A DNA stretch of 64,000 nt from Pseudovirgaria hyperparasitica (lineage: Eukaryota), in the NCBI GenBank assembly GCA_010093815.1, contig ML996578.1. The stretch is one strand, 5' to 3'. Positions 23,550 through 35,365 of this stretch are shown here, in pieces. The notes below the pieces were generated by a model that saw only the letters and a list, made by a program, of their open reading frames with translations, ran no database searches and was not told where the DNA came from. The position numbers and the translations under genes are program-made. Position 1 is the stretch's first letter, and each line of letters starts with the position of its first letter.

Positions 23550-26500
23550 TTACTCGAATATATCCCGAAGCGCAGGCCGGCTCCTCTTGGGCGTGCGACC
23601 ACTTGTCGTACCGCCAACATCGGATCTTCTCCTCTTCGTCGCTGTCAGTCTATCCGCAAAGGAGCTACTAGACAAACTGCCAGAGAACAGTGGTTTATTG
23701 TTTTGTTTCGGTGGGCACGTGCGTTGGATCAATTCTTCCTTATGCAAAAAGTATGGCGTTGCCGGAGAGCCTCCCGTAGTCATCGCTGGTGAATTCTCCT
23801 TATCAAAATCGTCAAAGGAGATTTGTGGCGAAGGTGGAAGAGGCTTCATAGTGAAAGGTGTGGAGACTGGCTTAAAAGGTGATCTTGACGGCGTTCGAGC
23901 CATCAAAGGACTAGAATTAGCACTTAATGTGCTTAGTGGCTTGACGGGCGAGTTTCCGGGAACGCAGGACAAGTCCGTGAGATATGCACTCTCGTCAATA
24001 CGTTTTCCACTATTCTCGCATCTGAATAGAATGTTAGTAACATCGTAATAATGCATCAGCAGCTTACTACTCACGCTACTGCCCACCCGACATTAACACA
24101 TGTCACGGCACCATCGCTAGCAACGACCTTCTCAAGCGTTCGAATGTCCCCATTCATCCAAAGGACATGAGTCACACCCATACTATTGCTGGACCACTGC
24201 GGGACACAGACCGCTCCCGCTCGCTCGAGATATGATACGAACATATACGACTGATCAACCTGGTCGTTTGTCCGGGTATCGACATAAAATGTCATTCCAT
24301 CAAGTATACCATCATTCTTAGAAGGTGTTGCATTCTGTTCAAGCTGCTGCCAGGTAACAGTTTTTCTGGGCGACTCAAATGACTTCTTCTCTGGAGATCG
24401 AAGAGATGACTTTCGCGGTGACATCTTTGGGCGTTTTGCTGTAGAGAGCGGAAGCATGATCGGCACAGGCATCTGTTTCGGTGTCGATGGGGTGGATGGG
24501 ACTACGTTCAACGGCGCCTCCGCATCCGACTCTACCACTGGTAATTCTGATGGTAGAGTGTGCTTCTCATGCGGGTCTTGATTTAGCGTGATAAGAATAC
24601 TCGAGTCGGCCGATGCTGGCGCTTTCTGGTCGAGGTTCGCAATGATAGAATCGTTCATAGCTAAATCTGGAAGGATTTCTGTTTCCACGGTAGTAGTATT
24701 AATGAATATTGAAAGGTCGTCTTCAGTTTCCTGTGCTTGTTTTGTCCTTGAAATGTCCTCAGCTAGACCTGCCTGGGTCAGGGAATCGAGGTGCGATTCC
24801 TTTAGAACGGATCTCGAAATTTCAGCGATTGGACTGCGTTCGTGTATAACATCTGAGCGACGTAATGCTGGAGTTGCGAGCTCGTTCAAACCATTTTCAG
24901 TAAATATAATTTCGGGCTCCCCGCGCTCTTGTCCTGGTGTCTCTGGCATGACTTCTTGAGCTTCATATGAGGATAAGGTTTGGGCCGTTCCGATTGCAAA
25001 AACATCATCCTCATCTGATCCCATTGGGTTAGACTCAATAGCTGTTGGAAGGACATCGCAGGGGAATTGGGGTTCTTCAAACACCATCGTGACATCGGCC
25101 TCTTCTGACTCTATGATGACATCCTGAGTCGGTAGAGTAAATCTTGGGGGAGCCTTGGTTGGCGTACCAGAATCCAGAAAAGCACGGATGGATGAAATGG
25201 GCGCGGTCTTTGGCGTGCGTCCTGGAGTCTTCATTCTTCTAGGGGATGAATTCAAACTTGATTTTCCGAAAGGTCTCTGTACGCTGGCAGAAGTTTCGGG
25301 GAAACGATTGTCAAACTTCATTGTTGGTGAAGTAAGCTTGACCTTTCGGGGAGACGCAGTCAATGAAGACTGTGTCTCGCCACCCTCGGCAGGCCGTTTG
25401 TTCTTGCAAGCCGCCCCGAAGATGCCCATTGATTCCATGTGTAGCTTCTTGGGTGATGCCGAGAACAATGAGGATTCCGCCTTCTGCCTCTCATCTACGG
25501 TCTGGCCAGGTGGCTTGATCATGGCCTTGCTGGGGATGATCGCATGAAGTTTCTTTGGTGACCTTGAAAACAATGAAGAGCCTAGCTTTTGATGTTCGTC
25601 CACAGCCTGGCCAGGTGGTTTGACCAAGGCCTGACTCGGTGACATTGCATGGAGCCTTCTTACAGACCCTGGAGGCTTCCGAGCAGAGACTGTGAAGAGG
25701 GAAGACTTCATGGAAGGCGTCTGGTTCGCGTTGAGTGCATCTGACCTTTGAAAAAGCGGAGTAGGTGCCAAGGCATCATACGAATCCATCATTTCCACGT
25801 CGTTGTCTTGCGGTCGAGGCAATTTCGACGGCGAGACCACAATAGAGCTTGTTGTTGGAAGCTCGGCTATCTTCTGCATGATTGATTTAGAAGGCGACAT
25901 TCTCAATAGACTTGCGGAAGCTGCTTTGCCCGGCGACAGAGTGGGTGCTCTGATGGCTGCCATCTCAATTTTAATGACAGATGGCTCAGGCAGGGGCTTC
26001 GGGTTAAAATGGTCGTCGAGAAATTGGTTTTCCTCAAAGCCAGCAATGACCTCTTCAGTCGTTGAACTTGACTTTGCCGAAATCTTTGTATCCTGTTCCA
26101 TGGCTACGTGCTCTGTTGCGGGCTCGAAATCTTCGTCCGGTACTTCCGGTACCTTCTTCGACCTCGTTCCCCTCGTTGCCCTTGTGATTGCTGTTGTTGT
26201 TGTTGTTGTTTTTGTTGTCTTCTTTGGAGCGCTTTTCACCCTAGACTTGGAAGACGCAACCGGAGCTTTAGCTCTGGAGGAAACTTTCGTAGTCTTTGTC
26301 GCAGTAGCTCTAGTTTTGCGCTCTACTGGTGGAGGATGGTCTGATGCTTCATTTAGAGTACCAGTCTCAACCGCTCCTTCAATTTCGGGTTCTACTCCTA
26401 TCTGCACTTCCTCTGTATCCTTCCTGGTTCCTCTGATTCGCGGGGCTCTGTGGGCCGCAGGCGCATCTTTGCTGGGGTTCTTCTTCTGAAGCGTCTTTTG

Positions 26501-26881
26501 AGGCTCCTCGGATTGAGTAGCCTTCGATGCGGCTCTAGCCCTCGTGGCTCTCGTTGGGGCTTTCGCTGCTGAATCATCGTCTTTTACTGACTTCTTGGCT
26601 CTCGTCGTCTTCCCTGTGATCTGCTGGTCTTCTTGTCGCGGTAAGTCCTCATCTTCGACAGTCTTGCCTTTGTTTGCGCGCGATCGGGTTGTAGTGGGTT
26701 TCTTGGGTGCCGGGGCTTTCTTTGCAGCGGAAGCTTTAGTGGCCGTGGAGACTTTCACATCAGCGATTGGAGGTTCTTTGGTCGCGACGGCTTTCTTGAG
26801 ACCACCGCGAGCAATTTGTACTTTTGGCTGCGTGGCCAGCGCCGGAGGCTCTTCTTGTTTTTGACGTCGTGTCGACACCAT
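23550..26881 (-). CDS. BRCT-domain protein with long basic, S/T-P-rich disordered N-terminus, one 3' intron
   Basis: ILDGMTFYVD...LERAGA...GVTHVLW...CVNVGWAVA-CENSGKRIDESAY is a BRCT pattern; many SP/TP sites. Confidence 0.8.
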
Positions 26882-27391
26882 GGTGATTGAAAAGTTGTTG
26901 GCGAATGTGCTGAAGGAAGTTGTTCAATGCTATCTGAGAAGGCGCATCGGAGAGCTGTTGTTGCATCCGTTGTCGTGGTTGTTGATGATATCAGCGGGTC
27001 GCAACGCGCAGACCAACCTAGTATCTGTTTGCACGGACTTGCTTGTTTTGTACACGTGAAGATTATGGTTGTTGCGATGGCAACCAAGAACTAGAGTGCG
27101 CGATCACCGATATATTGCCGACATACTCCCGACACGGAAGCGTGCTAGCGTGTCCTTACTCAGTGACTTGATCCCGAGGCATTCGACGATGCCATGCCAT
27201 CTTCAATCAATTATTCTACTTAATTAATGTTCTTAAAGCAGAAGGGCCTAAGCGATAAAGCTGAGCCACATTTATCATGCCCCAAGTAAGCCCCTGGTCA
27301 TTGATCAAATCATAGTTAATGCTGTGGAGATGATACGCCGGACTCGATACGTGCTAGAGAACCAAGAATCATTATAGGGATTGCATGATGA

Positions 27392-28820
27392 TCATAAATA
27401 TATGTAGCAGAAGGGAGTGTTTCCAATTGTACTGCCTGCATCTCTGAGCGTTATTGGGCCCGCGTTGACTCCTATGTCAATTGTGTCATCGAGGCTGGCA
27501 TTCCGACTCGGCGGAGTGTTATTTATGGTGATTGTTGCTCCTACGGCAAATGTTCGCGCATCCACGTTTTGATTCTGCCAGATCCAGTAGACGCGATCTA
27601 CCTGCGCGTGATGTAGGAAGAAGACAGGGTCGGCCGGTGATGTGAATATGTCACCACCGGGGTCACCGCCCCAAGTGAAATGACCAGCAGTATGTACTAA
27701 TCAAGTAGTGTTAGCAGCCTAGCTAATCTAAATGTTCCAGATTGCGGACGTACCACCCATATAACCTGCTGGAAAGTCTCCCTGAAATCGATAGGTCCAC
27801 GCGGTTGGATCTGGGTAATTCTCAATCACGTCTGCGATGTCCGAGTCTTTGGTCCATCTCGATGACGTCCACTGGGAGATGTCACGCCGAATACAACGTG
27901 GGTTGTATCCCAAGCAATCAGCCCTCGGATTGGGCTCGACATACGAAAGTGATGGCAAGCAAGGCCCAAGATTAACTGGGAAGCTGCTCTTCCAGTCAGA
28001 AAAATAGTGCCCGACCGTGCGCCTGATGGTCTACTGACTCTACGAATGGTCCGTTGGTCATACATCCCCCACCATTTCCTGTTGGAATGGAGATACTTGG
28101 ACTCGCGTTTGATGGAATTCCCACAGCATCATGTGCAATGAACGCGCCTAGTTAAGAAAGTTATAGATGATTCTTCTCATGGAACATGTTCAGCGCCTAC
28201 CATTACTACCCATGGATGTAGCTGAACCATCAAAGATAGGTGAGTTCTCCGGGTCCATTGCATATTTTCCCCAGTCCATGTATGGCTGGTAACCGGTATA
28301 TCCGCATTCGTTTCGTAGAGCTTGTTCGTAAGTCCAGATGTAGTACCTGTGCCAAGCGAAGAAGTTCCCCTACATAACAATCAGTCTCGACTCCAGAACT
28401 TATTGCTCAGTGGACGCACAGTCCCGTGGATGTTCAGAGTCTGGTTGATATGAGTCAACACAAAGTCGTCGTAACGGCTGCGAACACCAGTCTCAAGCGA
28501 CGTTGGAGTCAATGGAGGTAGTTTCGAAAGACATTTGACCGCGGCGATATATCCCTTCTTCTCACTGTCTGTCAATGTACCCCTATCTACATTAGCCACC
28601 CTCATAAATCCCTCACAAGTGGTAAGTACCATTCTCTGCGGAGGGACACATTCTCCAGAGTGCATTCCTCTGAGTAGTAACCATTCTTATCAACATGAGT
28701 TGACAACCTTGCTAAACCGAGAGCTTGTAGCTTTGCTACTTTCCATCCAGTACTGTTCGATGGAGACGTAGCCAATGTATTGGAAGCAAGAATTAATGCT
28801 ACTAGTGATAGCGACCGCAT
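27392..28820 (-). CDS. Secreted tyrosinase-like di-copper protein, multi-exon
   Basis: Signal peptide; RREW, SRYDDFVLTHINQTLNIHGT, FFAWHR (CuA); VHTAGH, SPADPVFFLHHAQVDR (CuB); C-terminal PFCYIYL*. Confidence 0.92.
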
Positions 28821-30764
28821 GTTAGGTCATGACACCAAGAATAGCCGCTCTGCCAGTTGAGTGCGGATTTCGATCTGTTATATATCAAGTCGTGCTACTG
28901 TGCAAATTCAAACAAGAGACGAGGCGGGATGACTCTTCTACTCTTACTGCACAGTCGAATATTAGGACACTATTGAAGAGTTAGTGCGTTGGTACGTTAG
29001 TGTGTTGGTATTAGCAGCGAGCTCCTGTTTTGATAGGCAGATCTACATGATAATGCGGGGGTTCATGTCCATCGAATCCTAGTATTTCTCGTCTGATGTA
29101 AGACAGCAAAGTTGATCCGTCCAATGACTACCCACACCTACTGCAATCTCAACAGTCTGTGCCGTCATCATAAGCAATGCAAGCTTCAGTGATGCGACTC
29201 CTTCATTTGTGCTGAATATGTATAATCTCTCCATATAGAGGATCTACTACCTTGACCAACTCTTACAATATATATATATATTACACAGACACGTTCGAAA
29301 GGCGATTATCATCCAATCCAGCGCGTGAAATCAGTTTCCATATGGACACTCTTAGTTCTTGAAGTGCTAGCTAGTAAGAATGGTATAAACTTAGAGCTCA
29401 ATCAGGATTCGTTCTCTATCTAATTTGGAAGCGGTTGATATCAATGTCTCTATTGCACGCAGGTGATCTCTCACTACCCAAGTTTGTTGACATCCATGTA
29501 TGATTTCCATTCATCCAAGTACTATAAACAACACGCAAATGGCTCTATTCAGGGCTATAGGTGGACGGCGGTGCCGGTGGTGTGGACGCGAGACCGGGGA
29601 GGTTGTTTTGACTCTTATTCTAGAACAATCCTAAGCAAACTTCTCTAGGCTTTTGGAACCACAGCTCCCAGCACCATGCAATAAACAACTCCGGCTGACA
29701 TATGGCGTGCAGTATATTATATTACACAAAGTGAGACATCGGCACATTCTTGGGGGTCTATGCATACCTCTTCCTTATCCCGTGCAACCGGCATTTGTTT
29801 CTGTCTGAGATGGGGTTTCGATCGAACATTCTTGCATTGCGCACTTTGTAGCAACGACGAATCACGATAAGACAAGAAGCAGGAAGGTCAGGAGAACGTC
29901 GGTCTACCCTCTGCAAGATCCTGGAATGCCTTCGGCTCCTCTTCCCTAGATTTCTGCAATGTCGACGCATGGATAGCTTTTCACCTCATACTTTCCAATG
30001 GAATATATAGCCATGAGAGCGAGCTTATAAGTAGGGACGATTTCTGGGTTAGAATATGATGCTAATCGTTCTCTCAATGAGATACGGCTGAATTTTCTCA
30101 GGGAGCCGGAGGCGCTTGGCGCGCTCGGGGGCACTTGCGGAGCATCCTTGCAATATCCATGCACCCTGCGCTTATATATCTCCTACGTATAAAACAAATA
30201 TTTGATACCATTCGTGTCGACTGTGAGGGATATCGATAACACACTGTTGGCCAGGTTCTGTTCTCTGATATATCCCTCAGCGGCCGCTTTGATACCATCG
30301 CAAAGAGCAACGTTAGCGTTATGTACAGTAGCAGGGACGTGCCAGGAATAGCAAAACCCAGCCTGAAGTCTCAGCCTCAAACTCCTTTGGAACAGGTACC
30401 TTAATCATCAAAGCTCAGGAAAGGGCCAGGAACATATAATGAGCCTGGACCCGATCTGTGTGTCAAGATACAGGAGCTTGGCGCTCTGAATCCTTTTCGG
30501 ATTTCGAAAAAATGGCCCTGAAACACAACGAAATGTCTAGCGATGCCCACTGGCTCCTAGATGTGACTATAGAAACGAGCTTTTAGTATTATCTCTACGC
30601 ATCATAACAGGCCCTAACACTGCAAGCGTATCAACTTCCCTTACTGGTACTCAACGAAAGAAGATAATAATTTTGTATGACGTCCACAATAATCGCATGA
30701 CGCTCTCCACGTACATCGACATCAAGGCACACTCAACTCGTCGTGTGTTAGATGTGCAGACAAT

Positions 30765-32210
30765 ATGACATACATTCCATACAAACAAGACCGATCAACT
30801 CTACAATTGCGACAGACGAGTCCGCCCACCGCATTCTCCCCTGAGTACCGGGCATACAACAACGCACCTCAGATTCAAACCATTGTCTGCACGATCTCCG
30901 CAATAGGTCTGCTCACAGGAATCCTACGACTGTATATACGACGGAGTTTTCGTGTGCTCGGCTCGGATGATTATGTTATGATGGGGACGATGTTACTTGC
31001 GCTAGGAACGATGATATGCTTGCTGTTGGAAACTCTCAACGGAATTGGACGACATATCGATACTTTCCAACCGACCGAAGTCAGGGAAGTGCGCCTTCTG
31101 ATCTTCGTCCACTCCCTTTTCATAGTCACTGGCATTAGCTCGGTCAAGGTCTCTGTCGGTTTTTTCTTGATGCGCCTGACCACTAAAGCAAGTCGATACT
31201 ACACTTTTATCCAAGGCTCGATTGGTACAAATACCCTGATCTAACTTGTGTCGTGGTATACGGAGCTGACCTATCGACAGTCTTCACGCTCCTCTTCTGG
31301 CTCACTTGCCTTATCATTCTCATATTCCAGTGTAAACCCATCCATGCAGCGTGGGATACAAATGTGAGTGACGCAAAGTGCTACAGTAGCCGGATATTCA
31401 TCGACATCGGCATCACCAACAGCTGTAAGTTGTGCACACTCATTAGTCTACCACTACTAACACCAGCAGCTGTCAACATCGCGACCGATATTCTATTTGC
31501 AACAATACCGATCCCCCTGATATGGAAACTGCAACTGAACACAAGAACTAGAATCTCACTAGTCACAGTGCTCGGCCTAGGATATTTGTGCGTTCAAAGT
31601 TTCATTCACATCCTATACCCTACTAATCTTTGCCCAGCGCGTCTGCCGCCGCGATAGTCAAAGCCGTGAAACAAGCTACATTCTTCAGCACTCCTGACTG
31701 GACTGTGTAAGCCTGACCCCTTCCTGTGCCCTAACATCCCACTGACTCCGTCCCCCTAGCCACGACTCCTTCAATGTCTGGAACGTCATTGAGCTCTCCG
31801 TCGGCATGATTGCTGCCAACCTGCCCTGCCTCAAGCCGCTCTTCAATTGGTTCCTCGACACGGCGCGGGCCATCTCGTCCAAGAGCGAGCCTACACTCCG
31901 AAACATCCGCACCGCAGGCTGCGGCTACCACGCAGCAGCGGTTGGGTACATTAATCGTAACAACAGCGATGAGATTAGTATTGCACTCGAGGGTCTAACG
32001 GGTCCCAAGGATCAATATTCAGGGACCCCCTATGGGAAAACACACACCGTGATCGAGGGCGGGGCTGGAGAGAATGAGAAGATCGAAGGGAAGAGTCTTG
32101 GCTGGTTACTTGACGAGGCGAGCAGGAGTGATGAGAGCATCCTGATTGCTGGGAGGATGATCCCTCCGAGGGGAATAATGAGGACTACGGAGGTGCTTGT
32201 TTCGCGCTGA
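30765..32210 (+). CDS. PTH11-like / rhodopsin-domain 7TM membrane protein without CFEM, four introns
   Basis: LRLYIR..LGSDDY, GIGRH, VKVSVGFFLMRL, FQCKPIHAAWD, NIATDILFATIPIPLIWKLQL, IELSVGMIAANLPCLKPL. Confidence 0.9.
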
Positions 32211-32579
32211 AGGGGTATTGGAGAGGAATAGGAGGACGGGGACTTAATGAATAGAGACCGGAGTCAACTATCGCTTCTAAGGACTGATTTCGACGGGCCG
32301 TGGAGAGCACGACGGACCGTGCGGTTCTGATTATCGAACGATGAACTTATCCCAGCACAATTAGTCACACTGAGGACTGAACATGTATATAGACCGAATT
32401 CTGCGCGGCATCATTATCTTGTACGTCTCGACCATCACTTTCACATAGAGCGGGTAATGGATACCCACCGCAGCTCCTCCCCATCCGTGCTCACTATCCG
32501 ATCCCGCTTCCGCCATACACAGTCACATCTCCCCGTATACCTGCTGTCCACATCACTCTCAAGCGTCTCACCTCGCACA

Positions 32580-32718
32580 TTCCGACTCCGTTGTCACCCC
32601 AAAGATCCACGCTCCGTCTCCGTTGTCTCACACTCCATCCCAGCCACATCTCACACTCCGTCTCCGTTGTCCCACCTCCCCCAGTGCCACGTCCCACACT
32701 CCGTCCCCGCTGTCCTCC
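32580..32718 (+). repeat. Degenerate ~44-bp tandem repeat (core cacactccgtctccgttgtcccac), 3-4 copies
   Basis: Copies at 32608, 32652 and 32695, plus a partial one at 32580. Confidence 0.75.
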
Positions 32719-33437
32719 CCCCTCTAAGCTCTATCCCATCTACTTCAACAGCGTCATCATCCTAAAACCCACACTCTTCCCTTCGGCAAGGAGCCCCCTG
32801 GTCCCGCGGCTCCCCACATCCCAATCACATCCCAACCACAGCCCCTCCCCTACCCACCCAATCCATCTCAAGCAAACATCTCAAATCATCATACCCCCAA
32901 CGCATACCCTCTCCCTCTCGCCCCATCGAAGTCTCCCCCTCCTCCGGTCTCGGCCTTCCTACCAGCACCAAGCTGTGCCACCCACCAGCACACTACCTCC
33001 TCCAGCCATCCGCGGGAACCGTGACGGTCTGGCGTTTGCCGACACGAGGCGGGCCGTAGAGAAGACGCTCCCTATTGGGCCATTTGTGTGACGTGTCAAG
33101 TGGCTGCCGCGTGGCAGATCGAGCCGTTGCGCGGGGCGTTGCGTGTACGGTGCGCGTGTGGGACAGCGGTGCGGACCGGTGAGGCGGGCACGTGCAGGAT
33201 GATAGAAGAGGAGGGGGAGGGGGGGCTGAAGAGAGGCAGGAGGAGATAGGATGGTGGGGAGCTAGAGCGGTTGTGTGGTACGTGGGACGGGTTTATGGCG
33301 AGTGGGTGATGTGCAGTGCAGTGCAGGATCATTACGATTCGGGCCGGGACGGGATGGCAGGAGAGGTTTGAAATGAGAAATAACAGACAGAGAGAGAGGG
33401 AGAGATCGGTAGTTGTGATAGTATTGCGATAGACTGT

Positions 33438-35065
33438 CTATGAGGTACAGTTCAAGCCTTGCAAGCCAGCTTTGTCGATATTGGCACACGTCCACTGCGC
33501 GAAGCCCTTGGGACTCTTCACGTTCATGCCGCTGACTTTGATATCACTACACACATTTGGGCTTGAGCAGACCAGTGTACCCACGATCGGGTCATACTTC
33601 TTGCTTGTCTTGCCAGAGAAGTCATGCATGGATATATTTGAGATGGTCAGGTTGGAGGGGAACTGGTTGCACAGCGTGAGGTTTTTCTGGCCGTAGCACT
33701 GCGTGATCTCGACTGCTTTCGCGTTAGTATGTGGGGAGGTTTGAGGCAACGTGTTTCGAAGTTCTTACTTGCGTAATCGACGTTGGCTATTGACATTCTC
33801 TCGTACGTAACATTGCTGACGGCGCCTAGCCCGCCGCCCCCTTGCAGGTCACCGGAGAGGGCGGATGATACGCCAGGCCAGACTTTGATGCGCGCTGCAG
33901 TGCCAGAATTGGTCATGGTGATGTTGTCTGGGTTGCATGTTAGCTCAGGTTGTCGAATCGGGCTCAATCGCAATCCTCTAATCGATCTGGGCACTCACAG
34001 ACGTATATGTTCCTAACGATGTCGGTCTCGCCCTGTTGCCTCACCCTTAGAATATTGCTCGAACCAAAGACTAGCCACGGCATACCTTGTACTGCCCCAA
34101 GGAGCCCACAGAGATACCATGAGAGCCATTACAGATGAGATTCTGGACAATCACGTTCGTACTATTGGGCTTGAAAGAGACACAGTCGTCGCCATTGTCG
34201 ATGTTACTGTTCTGGATGACAATACTATCACTTCGATACGTGTCCCAGCCTGATGGCAATCAGCTTTGAGGTATGGACAGGAATGTTTCAGAGTCGCACG
34301 TACCATCCGTATTTTTGGCTGGATTCTTGTTGACAGTGCCACCAGATATGGTAATATTGGAGAAGACAACATCAGAGCTGTTAACCACGAGGTTGTACCA
34401 CTGAGGCGAGTAGCGGAGGTTCAGATCAGCAATAGAACCACCCTTTAACCCTATGGTCCCGAAAAGGATAGGGCGAAGGATATAGATATTACTGGCATAA
34501 AGATCATACCAGACCTGTCCATTGCCGTCAATTGTGCCGCCTCCAAAAACATTGACATCCTCGCCGCCAAGCTGGAAGAAAGTCGTTGCGTTTTGAAATG
34601 TGTGATTGAATGCGTTGGCTTGCCAATAATCCGTATCATTAGTGAACTGGACATATCCCTGGATATCTATGAGGGTAAGCGTTACACTGCGTCGGCAGAA
34701 CGAGGCTCGCGAGACGTACCAACATCGACATGACGCAAGAATGTCAAGTCTAAGGCTGTGCCGATGGTGTACTTCACACCCTTGGTGAACACAACATGAC
34801 CGCCGTTGTTGCACTGTTGGAAAGCGCTCAAAATTGCAGTCGAATCATCGCTGCCATTTTCCTTGCTCTTGATAATGCATGTCTTGGACCTAGAAGGCGA
34901 CGAATGCACCGGCTTGCCCAGACTTTTTGGACCAACAGCTATGTTTGGCCGCAGACTCCGGAGTAGCAAGTCCTCTCTTGGTACAAGGCTGGTACCCTCA
35001 GGCTTTGCAAAGACGATCTCGATGCAAAGTAGCAGGCTCAAGATTGAGTGAAGGCCGAGCATCAT
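33438..35065 (-). CDS. Secreted GH28 exo-polygalacturonase (PgxB-like), multi-exon
   Basis: Signal peptide; GH28 motifs NTDG, GDDC, GSHG, RIK after splicing; C-terminal QCYGQKN..LC. Confidence 0.93.
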
Positions 35066-35356
35066 AGGAGCAGATCAGGAAGGCTGTGCTGTCCAGTAAT
35101 GGTTGACTTGATAGCGCGAAGGACACATCTTAACATTATCACGATAGCACAGTGTATTTGGTGATGATATGAGGAGAATTACGGATCATGTTCTGCTGTT
35201 TTCTCCTCTTGCAAATGAAATTTCCTCTCGTGAGCAGATGAAAGCAGGGTCAAACATCTCATTAAGGAGCCCCGCTAACTCTTTTGGGTTTAGAAGAAGG
35301 AAGGAACGGGAGGAACGGAAACTCTTCCGGCAGATTTTACATCCGCGCCCGTTGGC

Positions 35357-35365
35357 ATTGGTGGA
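35357..35365 (-). promoter_or_regulatory. Galacturonic acid-responsive element (GARE, TCCNCCAAT; GaaR site)
   Basis: TCCACCAAT on the coding strand about 290 bp upstream of the exo-polygalacturonase ATG. Confidence 0.65.

Noticed and set aside
27392..28820. Tyrosinase as part of a fungal RiPP (ustiloxin-type) cluster
   Set aside because: No repeat-containing KR-cleaved precursor or UstYa/DUF3328 gene nearby
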